From: an uncultured Candidatus Saccharibacteria bacterium
GTDB lineage: Bacteria; Patescibacteriota; Minisyncoccia; Phycocordibacterales; Phycocordibacteraceae
DNA: 64,000 bases
Direction: 5' to 3'
Assembly: GCA_964652615.1 (NCBI GenBank)
Contig: CAZZAT010000001.1
Location: forward strand, 153,886-217,885
Part shown: positions 9,138 through 16,959 of the stretch, in pieces
How the letters are laid out: the number at the start of each line of letters is the position of its first letter
Numbering within the stretch: the first letter of the stretch is position 1
The notes under the pieces: model-generated
The model's database searches: none
What the model was told of the DNA's origin: nothing
The model's input: the letters and a program-made list of their open reading frames with translations, nothing else
Made by a program: the position numbers and the translations under genes

Positions 9138-9764
9138 CTAGAGAAGGATCAGGAGTAATCCTGCTAACGCTGCCATGCCGAAGTCCTCGATGAGAGTAAT
9201 TTTCGTTAGCGGTACTTTCAGGAAAGTTCCGAGGCATGCACACATGAATTCTTCCTTCTTCGCTATCTTGATCGCAACTCCGATACCGCTGAAGAGCATC
9301 ACGGCGAGTTCCGTCCATAGGAGCCATGCGTCGTGAATCCCTGCGAGCATGAGGAGACCGAACGCAAGTTCTATGAACGGATAGATATACCCGTAGGCAG
9401 GCCAACGACTCGCGAGAAGATCGTAGGTTGAATATCCCTCCGCAAATCCCTTGAGATCTAGGAACTTGAATCCGGCGAAGACAAGAAAGAATCCCGCCAT
9501 GAAGTATCCAATGGTACTTGTGAGCGCGAGTTCTCCGCTTGCATAATCTCCCCACGAAGCCGCAAGCGTACCCGCAACGAGAAGCCCGAAGATGACCATG
9601 AGCGGGATATAACTCTTCCAAGTTATGGGCCCGAGGCCGCGGTCTTCAATATGCTGTTTCGGTTTTGCGTGTACTTCTGTTTCCAGCACGAGCGCCATGT
9701 GGCACTTCGGACATCGTCCCGGTCCTTCTTGCCGTACTTCAGGGTGCATTGGACAGGTATACAT
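9138..9764 (-). CDS. heavy-metal-binding domain (CPMHPE...CPKCHM) fused to DoxX/MauE-like membrane domain
   Basis: N-terminal YTCPMHPEVRQEGPGRCPKCHMAL resembles the TCPMHP heavy-metal-binding domain. Followed by a four-TM MauE/DoxX-like region. Confidence 0.6.
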   Translation of the reverse strand: MYTCPMHPEVRQEGPGRCPKCHMALVLETEVHAKPKQHIEDRGLGPITWKSYIPLMVIFGLLVAGTLAASWGDYASGELALTSTIGYFMAGFFLVFAGFKFLDLKGFAEGYSTYDLLASRWPAYGYIYPFIELAFGLLMLAGIHDAWLLWTELAVMLFSGIGVAIKIAKKEEFMCACLGTFLKVPLTKITLIEDFGMAALAGLLLILL

Positions 9765-9766
9765 GG

Positions 9767-10258
9767 CTATATCGCTTCATAACTAATAACGACCTTCTCC
9801 TTGTCTTTAAGCACCGTGTTCTCGTAGGTATCCACTTCAACTCCGTCTACAAGAACCTTGATCCGATGAGTCTCGTCTGTCTTGAACCCGAGGATTTCTT
9901 CGGTTGTGAACGGCTTTCCCCAGACCGCGAAGAAGTCCGCGAGCGTGAAGTCGCGTCGTTCCGGCGATTCCACATGAATCGTCCCTACCGCGTCATGGGT
10001 ATGGAGCGCGTTCATACAGTTAGGAAGCACGCCTATGTTCGGAGGTATTTCCTGTTTCTCGCCGTTCACGACTATTTCTAGCGTCGGGTGAATGTGGAAC
10101 TCGGTCGCCATATCCGTCGTGCAAGTAAGCGCCACTTCTCTAGTTGTCCGTTCCGTCTTCACGGATTCTTGTTCTCCACGCGTGAACAGAACAAAGAAGA
10201 GGATGAGTGCCGATATGCCGAAGACAATTGCAACAGCCGTCTTCATACTAATTTTCAC
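9767..10258 (-). CDS. hypothetical secreted/anchored protein with His-rich motifs (HIHPT, HTHD)
   Basis: N-terminal TM/signal segment. Conserved-looking His clusters that could bind metal. No family assigned. Confidence 0.5.
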   Translation of the reverse strand: MKISMKTAVAIVFGISALILFFVLFTRGEQESVKTERTTREVALTCTTDMATEFHIHPTLEIVVNGEKQEIPPNIGVLPNCMNALHTHDAVGTIHVESPERRDFTLADFFAVWGKPFTTEEILGFKTDETHRIKVLVDGVEVDTYENTVLKDKEKVVISYEAI

Positions 10259-10985
10259 GCAAGGCCTGTTCTACCGCCTGCTTTATCGATTCATACGGCT
10301 GCGCTCCCGAAAGCGGATACTTCTTTCCGTTTTTTGTGATGACGACGCTCCACGGAGTTCCATTTCCGCCAGTTGCGGTCGCGTTGTCGAGGTCAGCTTG
10401 GATGTGAGCATTATGACGGTCGCTCGCCGCGCATGCACTGAACGCCACAGTATCAAGTCCAACGAATGCGGCGATTTTTGGCAACTCGGCAGCGTCAAGG
10501 CCGTCGTTTGAGGGAGTAATCTCAAACAAGCGATCGGCATACTTCCAGAACGCATCGTTTCCGCCAAGTTCAGCGGCACACTCAAGCGCAACCGCTTCGC
10601 TTCGCGCTTTCTTGTGAAGCGAGTCCAGCGGGAAGTGCCGATATACCCACGCAACTTTGCCGCCTGCACCATACTCGTTCATCACTTGCCTCATGGTCTC
10701 GTGGAAGCGTTTACAGAACGGACACTCAGTATCCGAATACTCCACGATAATCACTTCCGCATCCGCACTTCCGCGAATGTGGTCGTTCACCGTTATGGGT
10801 GCGATAGAATCTAGCGCTTTCTTAAGTGCTACTTGATCCTGTCCTTGCCCCTGTGGCTGATTGTCTGCTGTGAGCGCGCCGCCGCCCGAATATATGGCTC
10901 CGGCGATAAGGAGCGCACCAAACACTACCGCGAGCGGTGTGAGATATTTTTCAAGAGTTGGGTTCATAGTCGGTTTCTTACTCAA
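10248..10985 (-). CDS. DsbA-family thiol:disulfide oxidoreductase (CPFC active site), membrane-anchored
   Basis: IIVEYSDTECPFCKRFH thioredoxin-fold CxxC motif and an N-terminal TM anchor. Confidence 0.8.
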   Translation of the reverse strand: MSKKPTMNPTLEKYLTPLAVVFGALLIAGAIYSGGGALTADNQPQGQGQDQVALKKALDSIAPITVNDHIRGSADAEVIIVEYSDTECPFCKRFHETMRQVMNEYGAGGKVAWVYRHFPLDSLHKKARSEAVALECAAELGGNDAFWKYADRLFEITPSNDGLDAAELPKIAAFVGLDTVAFSACAASDRHNAHIQADLDNATATGGNGTPWSVVITKNGKKYPLSGAQPYESIKQAVEQALREN

Positions 10986-11370
10986 TGCCGTACCACTCCT
11001 TCTGCCACTCTTTCATCTGCGCGATTTCTGCGGCCTGCGCAGCAATGATGGCATCTGCCATCATCTTGATTTCAGCGTGTTTGGCATTGACCTTTGCCGC
11101 TTCAGCCATCTGGACTGCTCCCTCATGATGCATGATCATCTCCGACAGAAACGTTTTATCAAACGCGTCTCCCGTCTTGCCGGAAAGCCCCATCATCATT
11201 GAGTCCATTTCGCCCTTCATTCCAGAGGACATGGAACCGGACATCATGTTCCCATCCGGCATCATGTGTCCGTTTTTTTGTTCGGGAGCAGTTTTACCCA
11301 CGAACGCGTAAGTGCCGAGACCTCCGATAAGTAGCGATACAAGCGCTACAAGAACAATATTTTTTTGCAT
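10978..11370 (-). CDS. DUF305-family protein, Met/His-rich (putative copper-binding), secreted
   Basis: MIMHHEGAVQMAE matches the DUF305 core. Met-rich stretch MMPDGNMMSGSMSSGMKGEMDSMMMG resembles methionine-rich copper-binding motifs. Confidence 0.7.
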   Translation of the reverse strand: MQKNIVLVALVSLLIGGLGTYAFVGKTAPEQKNGHMMPDGNMMSGSMSSGMKGEMDSMMMGLSGKTGDAFDKTFLSEMIMHHEGAVQMAEAAKVNAKHAEIKMMADAIIAAQAAEIAQMKEWQKEWYGIE

Positions 11371-11412
11371 AGGTTGTGAATCAAAGCGAATAAGCGCACC
11401 TAAATGCGGTAC

Positions 11413-11775
11413 TTAGTACGCTTTAGAATTCAGGAGTCCTTGCGCGAACAATTCTTGAAAGAGTGTCGGCCGAGTCGCATAGGCAGGAGGCGGGGGCGAC
11501 CATTCGTTCCGGCGAGGAAGAAGGTACGCAAAGCCGATAGCAGCAACGACGGTAATGTAGGGGAGCGAATCAACGAGGGTGGTCGTGAACGCGCTTTGCC
11601 AATGTTCTATATGGTCAAAAACGCTCATGGCGCAGATGGACATCTGCCCTTGCATGAACGGACAACCGATTTCGTGATTCTCGGACATAGAGAGAATCGA
11701 GAATGGTCCAAGTACGACCATTACGAAAATGGCGACGGTAAGCCCTATGGAAACAAATCCTTTCCCGAAAGCCAT
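11413..11775 (-). CDS. small hypothetical membrane protein with CPFMQGQMSIC motif
   Basis: Two to three TM segments and a Cys pair. No family assigned. Confidence 0.45.
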   Translation of the reverse strand: MAFGKGFVSIGLTVAIFVMVVLGPFSILSMSENHEIGCPFMQGQMSICAMSVFDHIEHWQSAFTTTLVDSLPYITVVAAIGFAYLLPRRNEWSPPPPAYATRPTLFQELFAQGLLNSKAY

Positions 11776-11862
11776 GTATCCATTATACCGCGCAAGTCAA
11801 GGGCGCGGAATTATACCCCTTACGCCTTCACCATCCTGCCCGACTAGGATTACAATTACAGC

Positions 11863-12309
11863 ATGAACCATAGCCCCTATCCGCGCCTCACCGCGATGAT
11901 CCTGCTCTCGTTCGCCGCGATGTATGTCCTCATGTATTCAATGGCGAATGTCCTTGCGAATGTGTATCCGAACCTAAACCAACTCTATATGGCCGGACTT
12001 ATGACTGCGCCAATGGTGCTGTTTGAGATGTTCCTTATGAGTGCAATGTACCAGAACAAGAAACTGAATTTTGCGATTATCGCGGTTGCGCTAATCGTAT
12101 TTGTCGGCTTCTTTCTCGCGATTCGCTACCAAGTAGGCATATCGGACGAGGAGTTTGTGAAGTCAATGATTCCGCACCACGCAGGCGCAGTGCTCATGTG
12201 CGAGAAAGCAGACCTTAGCGATCCGGAGATTCATGCGCTCTGCGCGGGCATAATCTCAGGGCAACAGCAGGAAATTGAACAAATGAAAAAAATTCTTGAA
12301 AGAATATAA
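11863..12309 (+). CDS. DUF305-family membrane protein
   Basis: MIPHHAGAVLMCE DUF305 core after three to four TM segments. Divergent from the minus-strand cargo operon. Confidence 0.7.
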   Translation: MNHSPYPRLTAMILLSFAAMYVLMYSMANVLANVYPNLNQLYMAGLMTAPMVLFEMFLMSAMYQNKKLNFAIIAVALIVFVGFFLAIRYQVGISDEEFVKSMIPHHAGAVLMCEKADLSDPEIHALCAGIISGQQQEIEQMKKILERI

Positions 12310-12333
12310 AACCCTCCCCCCTGCCGCTCCTTG

Positions 12334-12527
12334 CCGGATTTTTGGATTTCCCCCGCGAAAAAAGAAAAGGATTTTAGTGCGGACGCCGAAGACACGTAGT
12401 GCTTCAAGTGTGGTCAAGTCTGCTTGAGCCACCAGGGTCGGGGCGAGCGCCGAGTCTGCGAGGCGCGAGCAATCATGGCTCCTTTGCAAAATGGGTTCTA
12501 ACGGAGTTTAATAGGGTCTCCAAAATC
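12334..12527. repeat. repeat A' (inverted copy of 7667..7860)
   Basis: Exact reverse-complement identity over 194 bp. Confidence 0.9.
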
Positions 12528-12668
12528 GAAATCAGCCCAGTTTTTCCCGAATGCATTTTCGCAGAATGCAATTCCCGCCAAGGTAATACAGGGATTCCGC
12601 GCGCTTCGCGCGCGTGGGGGAGGTTCAGAAATACAGAATCCGAAAATTTTCTGGAGGGAGGATTTTTT
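12518..12668. repeat. repeat B (about 150 bp), inverted copy of 14891..15034 with two small indels; contains palindrome cgcgcgcgaagcgcgcg
   Basis: Its reverse complement matches the sequence immediately upstream of the tRNA-Thr 3' end. It abuts repeat A', so together they form an inverted attP-like composite. Confidence 0.85.
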
Positions 12669-12759
12669 ACTTCTTGTGTGCTTGCCCCACCCTTCCCGTG
12701 CGCGCACACGAGCCCTTTCGCTAAAAACTCTGTAATTAGCGAAACTCCCTATAAAAGCG

Positions 12760-12782
12760 GAAAAGCCCCTCGGGGCTTTTCC
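12760..12782. terminator. hairpin gaaaagcccctcggggcttttcc, likely bidirectional terminator downstream of DUF3800 gene
   Basis: Perfect 9-bp GC-rich stem flanked by A/T runs. Confidence 0.45.
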
Positions 12783-12881
12783 AGATTGCCTGTGCTTCGG
12801 CGACGGAATACGCCGCTTACGTGCAGTACGCTCCGCGCAGGACTTACATCACTATCCAATATAACGAAAATATGCGTGAAA

Positions 12882-13526
12882 TCAAGGTGAAGGGTTGGGT
12901 GTGGGGATAGTAGGATTTTGTCCAAATTTGCTCTGCGGAAATCGTATAGATTCGCTTATCGTCAGCATGTTGTAGAAATGGCTCTTGCCGTAGTTGTAAT
13001 GAGCCCATATTGCGTTCGCAATTACATCCGCCGCTTGTACAACCTTCGAGTGTTGAGAGTTCGTATATGAAATCTGTAAATCGTGCTGAAAACCAAACTG
13101 TGTGAATGCTTTTATTTTTATGTAATCGGCAAGTGAATTTATTGAACCTACTTTAGTAGAGTGATTATCGAGCAGGATGCAAAGATCTTCAGGTGAACTT
13201 CTGATCGTTTTCTTCACGAGGAAAGAAAATAGGTAGTTGTAGCAAAGGTTCTTATCCTCGAAGAGTTTTTTGTTATCTATGTTTTGCTTATCTGCAACAA
13301 TGTAAGAAACTGTATAGTCATTCGCACTACAAAGCCTGTTAAAAATCTCTTGTTTTTGCTTGAAAGATAGATTACTTGCTTTCACTTCAGGAAGATTATT
13401 TCTGGTGCAAAATTTCCTCATGAAATTTACGATGCGTTTACTCCTTTGGGGCGCAAGCAAAACGAGCACGAAATAGCGGTCTTTCGTCCCTAGATTCCCC
13501 GACTCATCGACGAATAACGTTTTCAT
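12882..13526 (-). CDS. DUF3800-family protein (N-terminal LFVDESG motif), AT-rich gene
   Basis: MKTLFVDESGNLG is the hallmark N-terminus of DUF3800. Local composition is clearly more AT-rich than neighbours. Divergent from the recombinase gene with an 18-bp gap. Confidence 0.6.
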   Translation of the reverse strand: MKTLFVDESGNLGTKDRYFVLVLLAPQRSKRIVNFMRKFCTRNNLPEVKASNLSFKQKQEIFNRLCSANDYTVSYIVADKQNIDNKKLFEDKNLCYNYLFSFLVKKTIRSSPEDLCILLDNHSTKVGSINSLADYIKIKAFTQFGFQHDLQISYTNSQHSKVVQAADVIANAIWAHYNYGKSHFYNMLTISESIRFPQSKFGQNPTIPTPNPSP

Positions 13527-13543
13527 GGGCGTATAATCGAATT

Positions 13544-15064
13544 ATGCGCTTCTTCCTGTACGCTCGCAAATCAACCGATACCGAGGACAAACAGGTTCTC
13601 TCTATTGAGGCGCAGTTGGCCGAATTGCGCGCTCTAGCCCGCCGTGAAGGGTTGGAAATCGTTGAAGAATTTGTAGAGAAGCGTTCCGCAAAGTCTCTTG
13701 GTCGCCCCGTGTTCGGCGAGATGATGTCGCGTATCCAAAACGGCGAAGCACAAGGAATTCTCTGCTGGAAGATAGATCGCCTCGCGCGTAATCCCGTGGA
13801 CGGTGGACAGATTCAATGGCTTCTCCAGCGAGGTGTGATTCGGCATATTCAAACACACGACCGTTCCCATTTCCCGAACGACAATGTTCTTATGATGTCT
13901 GTCGAACTTGGAATGGCGAACGAATATGTGCGCCAACTCGCCGCTAATACCTCGCGTGGACTCCGACAGAAAGCGCGAACAGGTGTATACCCTGGACTCG
14001 CCCCCATCGGCTACCTAAACGACCCGCGTACAAAAACTATTCGCACTCACAAAAAGAACTCTGTGCTCGTGCGCGAAATGTTTGAACGGTACGCGAACGG
14101 AAACACAACGCTAAATGACCTCGCTATCGTTCTTGAGAACTCCGGCGTAATTTCTAAAGGCAATAAACGGGTAAATATTTCTCGCGTTTCATTCATTTTG
14201 CAGAACCCTTTTTATTACGGCCACTTCCGCTACGCGGGCGAAGTGTACGAAGGCAAGCACGAGCCGATTATTACGAAAGCCCTATACGATAAGGCGAACA
14301 GTGTTCTACGAAGTCGTGGCCGTACTCCCGCCTCTAAAGCTATCCCTAGCCCTTATTGTGGGCTCCTACGCTGTGGCGAATGCGGTATGGGTATCACAGC
14401 CGAAGTGAAGGAAAAGCACCAAAAGAACGGCAATATCCACCATTACACTTACTACCGCTGTACTCGCAAATCTAAAACCCAAAAGTGTAAAGAAGCGCCG
14501 ATACGAAGCGAACTTTTAGATTCGCAACTAACGGCACTTCTGGGCGAGTACACGATGCCTGCCGAGTGGGTGTCGCCTCTCAACGAAATGCTCAACCACG
14601 AGGCGACTACAGCCTCACAGACGGCATCAGGAGTGATTTTTGAACTGCGAGCAAAAGCAGAAGATATTGCACGTCAACTCTCCCGCCTCACGGATTTATA
14701 TGTTGCTGAAGATTTGGAGCGTGAGGATTATCTTTCCCGTCGCCGTGCTCTTACGAGCGAGAAGCGAACGATAGAGGAGAAAATCGCCAAACTTGAACAA
14801 GCCCCATCTGCATGGGTTGAACCTGTTAGGGAGTGGATTTTGGACGCTTCGCGTCTAGGTGAAATAGCAAAGTCCGAAGACCTGCATTCCAAAAAATCCT
14901 CCCTCCAGAAAATTTTCGGATTGAACCTCTCCCTCCACGCGCGCGAAGCGCGCGGAATCCCTGTATTACCTTGGCGGGAATTGCATTCTGCGAAAATGCA
15001 TTCGGGAAAAACTGGGCTGATTTCGATTTTGGAGCCATCGGCCGGGATTGAACCGGCGACCTAA
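13544..15064 (+). CDS. large serine recombinase (resolvase catalytic domain + recombinase domain + zinc ribbon + coiled coil)
   Basis: YARKSTDTEDKQ...SIEAQ catalytic-serine region, IDRLARN, zinc ribbon CGLLRCGECG...YYRCTRKSKTQKC. The last roughly 50 codons are encoded by repeat B' and the antisense of tRNA-Thr. Confidence 0.9.
   Translation: MRFFLYARKSTDTEDKQVLSIEAQLAELRALARREGLEIVEEFVEKRSAKSLGRPVFGEMMSRIQNGEAQGILCWKIDRLARNPVDGGQIQWLLQRGVIRHIQTHDRSHFPNDNVLMMSVELGMANEYVRQLAANTSRGLRQKARTGVYPGLAPIGYLNDPRTKTIRTHKKNSVLVREMFERYANGNTTLNDLAIVLENSGVISKGNKRVNISRVSFILQNPFYYGHFRYAGEVYEGKHEPIITKALYDKANSVLRSRGRTPASKAIPSPYCGLLRCGECGMGITAEVKEKHQKNGNIHHYTYYRCTRKSKTQKCKEAPIRSELLDSQLTALLGEYTMPAEWVSPLNEMLNHEATTASQTASGVIFELRAKAEDIARQLSRLTDLYVAEDLEREDYLSRRRALTSEKRTIEEKIAKLEQAPSAWVEPVREWILDASRLGEIAKSEDLHSKKSSLQKIFGLNLSLHAREARGIPVLPWRELHSAKMHSGKTGLISILEPSAGIEPAT
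14891..15034. repeat. repeat B' (right arm of element, abuts tRNA-Thr 3' end)
   Basis: Matches the reverse complement of 12518..12668. Ends in the gatttcgattttggag core immediately before the tRNA CCA end. Confidence 0.85.
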
Positions 15065-15105
15065 GGTTTACGATACCTTCGCTCTACCAACTGAGCTACG
15101 ATGGC
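15030..15105 (-). tRNA. tRNA-Thr(CGU), CCA encoded
   Basis: Manual fold: GCCATCG acceptor, GCTC-AGTTGGTA-GAGC D-arm, anticodon stem AAGGT/ACCTT with loop ATCGTAA, T-arm GCCGG-TTCAATC-CCGGC, CCA. 76 nt. Confidence 0.85.
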
Positions 15106-15122
15106 AACGCTTCAGGTGAAGC

Positions 15123-15198
15123 TGGAGCCGATGGCCGGGATTGAACCGGCGACCCCCACCTTACCATGGTGGTGCTCTACCAACTGAGCTACATCGGC
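15123..15198 (-). tRNA. tRNA-Thr(GGU), CCA encoded
   Basis: Same scaffold as the adjacent tRNA-Thr, but anticodon stem CCACC/GGTGG with loop ATGGTAA. 76 nt. Confidence 0.85.
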
Positions 15199-15309
15199 AC
15201 GCGCACCAGCGCATCCTAGCCGATTTTTCCCTTCATTTCAATCGCTTCGTTTCGCGCTATCCACGCGTTTTGTGCGGAGATTCTCGTGTCCTCTGCTACT
15301 CTCGAATAA

Positions 15310-15510
15310 ATGGATAAAGCCGACCCGCGCTGCGCATGCTTCCACCATCACATCGCGCCTGCAGCGCTCATTCTTATCGGCCTTGCTTTCATCCTCAATG
15401 CGCTCGGCTTCCTTTCAGATACACTCCTCACTCTCTCGTGGCCCTCGCTCCTTATCCTTGCAGGGCTCGCAAAGCTCATGGGACCCTCCTGTAGGTGCTG
15501 TAAGCGTTAG
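15310..15510 (+). CDS. small Cys/His-rich membrane protein (hypothetical)
   Basis: 66 aa, two TM helices, CACFHHH and CRCCKR motifs. Coding status uncertain. Confidence 0.35.
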   Translation: MDKADPRCACFHHHIAPAALILIGLAFILNALGFLSDTLLTLSWPSLLILAGLAKLMGPSCRCCKR

Positions 15511-15558
15511 CCCACAGCCCTCTCCTTCTTTTAGGGCGCTTCCTGCTATGATGCGCAT

Positions 15559-15945
15559 ATGAATAATCTCTTTAGACGGTTCGCCCAACATATAAGTAAA
15601 ATTGCTGGTTCGCCAAAAGCATTCGCGCTTGCGCTCGCCATAATAATCGTGTGGGCGATTTCAGGGCCCATTTTCGGCTTCTCTGATACGTGGCAGCTCA
15701 TGATTAATACAGGCACGACCATACTTACCTTCCTTATGGTGTTCCTCATCCAGAACACCCAGAACCGAGATTCGCACGCAATTCATCTCAAGCTCGATGA
15801 GCTCATTAATGCAATTGATTCGGCACGCAATCAGCTCATAGACATAGAAGACAGCACGGACGAAGCCATGGAGCTCTTTGACAAAGAGTTCGACGACATT
15901 CGCGAAACGCACACCAAGATTCTCAAAAAGGAAGAGTCGGCATAG
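15559..15945 (+). CDS. low-affinity iron permease-like membrane protein (PF04120-like)
   Basis: FLIQNTQNRDSHAIHLKLDELI resembles the conserved core of the low-affinity Fe permease family. Confidence 0.55.
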   Translation: MNNLFRRFAQHISKIAGSPKAFALALAIIIVWAISGPIFGFSDTWQLMINTGTTILTFLMVFLIQNTQNRDSHAIHLKLDELINAIDSARNQLIDIEDSTDEAMELFDKEFDDIRETHTKILKKEESA

Positions 15946-15948
15946 CGC

Positions 15949-16794
15949 ATGCTGGGCCTCATTCTCGTCGCCGTCTCGCAGGTTTTTGCAGAATTTGCTG
16001 CCTCGTTTGGCAAGCGCGAGGTCGAACGCAAAGAAGAAACCGTCTATGAGATGGCGTTCTTGAGCACGGTATGGGGCGCCGTCCTTATAAGCCTTTGGGG
16101 TGTCTTCCACGGTTCCTTTGTCTTTAATCCTGAAAGTCTCCCTCTCTTTCTGGTACGTTCGGTGCTTGAGATTGCACTTCTCTTCATCAGCTTCCATGCG
16201 GTGATACGTGCAGATCGAAGCACGTTTGCATTTCTGCGCGTCCTTACTATTCCTGCGGTACTTGCCGCAGATATCGTACTTGGATACACGCTCTCGCTTA
16301 CGCAAATACTTGGCATGCTTCTTATCGTGACCTCGCTCGGTCTTCTTTTCTTTGGGAAAGGACTAAGCGCTACAGGAAAGCTGCTTACGATAACTGCTGC
16401 CCTTCTTGCAGCGGCAACCGTGAGTCTCTTTAAATACAACCTCACCTATTATGGAAACTCTGTAGAGGCAGAAGAATCGATAATGTACGCGATACTTCTC
16501 GTCGCCGTCATCGCGGCCGGATTCTTCCGCGGACACCAGAATGTCTTTGCGTCGTTTCTACGACCTGCCCACCTCGCCCAGTCTTTTGCGGCAGGTATCG
16601 GTTCAATACTTATGGCATTCGCCTATGTATTCGCTCCCGCTTCCGTCATCATGTCAGGCAAGCGCGCGCTCGATATTCTCTATGCCATTGTCTCGGGCCA
16701 GACCTACTTCCATGAGAATCGTCTGGCTTTGAAGCTGCTGGCTTTTTTGGTTGTTGCGACAGGAGTCGGATTGGTTGCGTTTGGTGCGTTATAA
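15949..16794 (+). CDS. EamA/DMT-superfamily transporter (10 TM)
   Basis: Ten hydrophobic segments in two halves, about 280 aa. Confidence 0.55.
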   Translation: MLGLILVAVSQVFAEFAASFGKREVERKEETVYEMAFLSTVWGAVLISLWGVFHGSFVFNPESLPLFLVRSVLEIALLFISFHAVIRADRSTFAFLRVLTIPAVLAADIVLGYTLSLTQILGMLLIVTSLGLLFFGKGLSATGKLLTITAALLAAATVSLFKYNLTYYGNSVEAEESIMYAILLVAVIAAGFFRGHQNVFASFLRPAHLAQSFAAGIGSILMAFAYVFAPASVIMSGKRALDILYAIVSGQTYFHENRLALKLLAFLVVATGVGLVAFGAL

Positions 16795-16959
16795 CGCACA
16801 CACGCCGCCTGTGAGACGACGTGTGATGTTCTTACATTATGCGCGACCTCGTGGACATAACTGGAACCAGGATACGAGAGGCGTTGACTGAGAGACGGCA
16901 CGTTTATATCCCATCATTAAAAGAATCGGCTCCCGTACATAGACGGGAGCCTTCTTGAG

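Larger units (their letters stand above)
7667..15034. mobile_element. putative integrative element (about 7.3 kb) inserted between tRNA-Thr(CGT) 3' end and its terminator; carries large serine recombinase, DUF3800 gene and metal/disulfide cargo; internal inverted attP-like site
   Basis: Shared core gatttYgattttggag at 7667-7676 (attL-like) and 15019-15034 (attR-like), with the tRNA on one side and the terminator on the other. A recombinase gene sits at the tRNA-proximal end. Confidence 0.6.
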
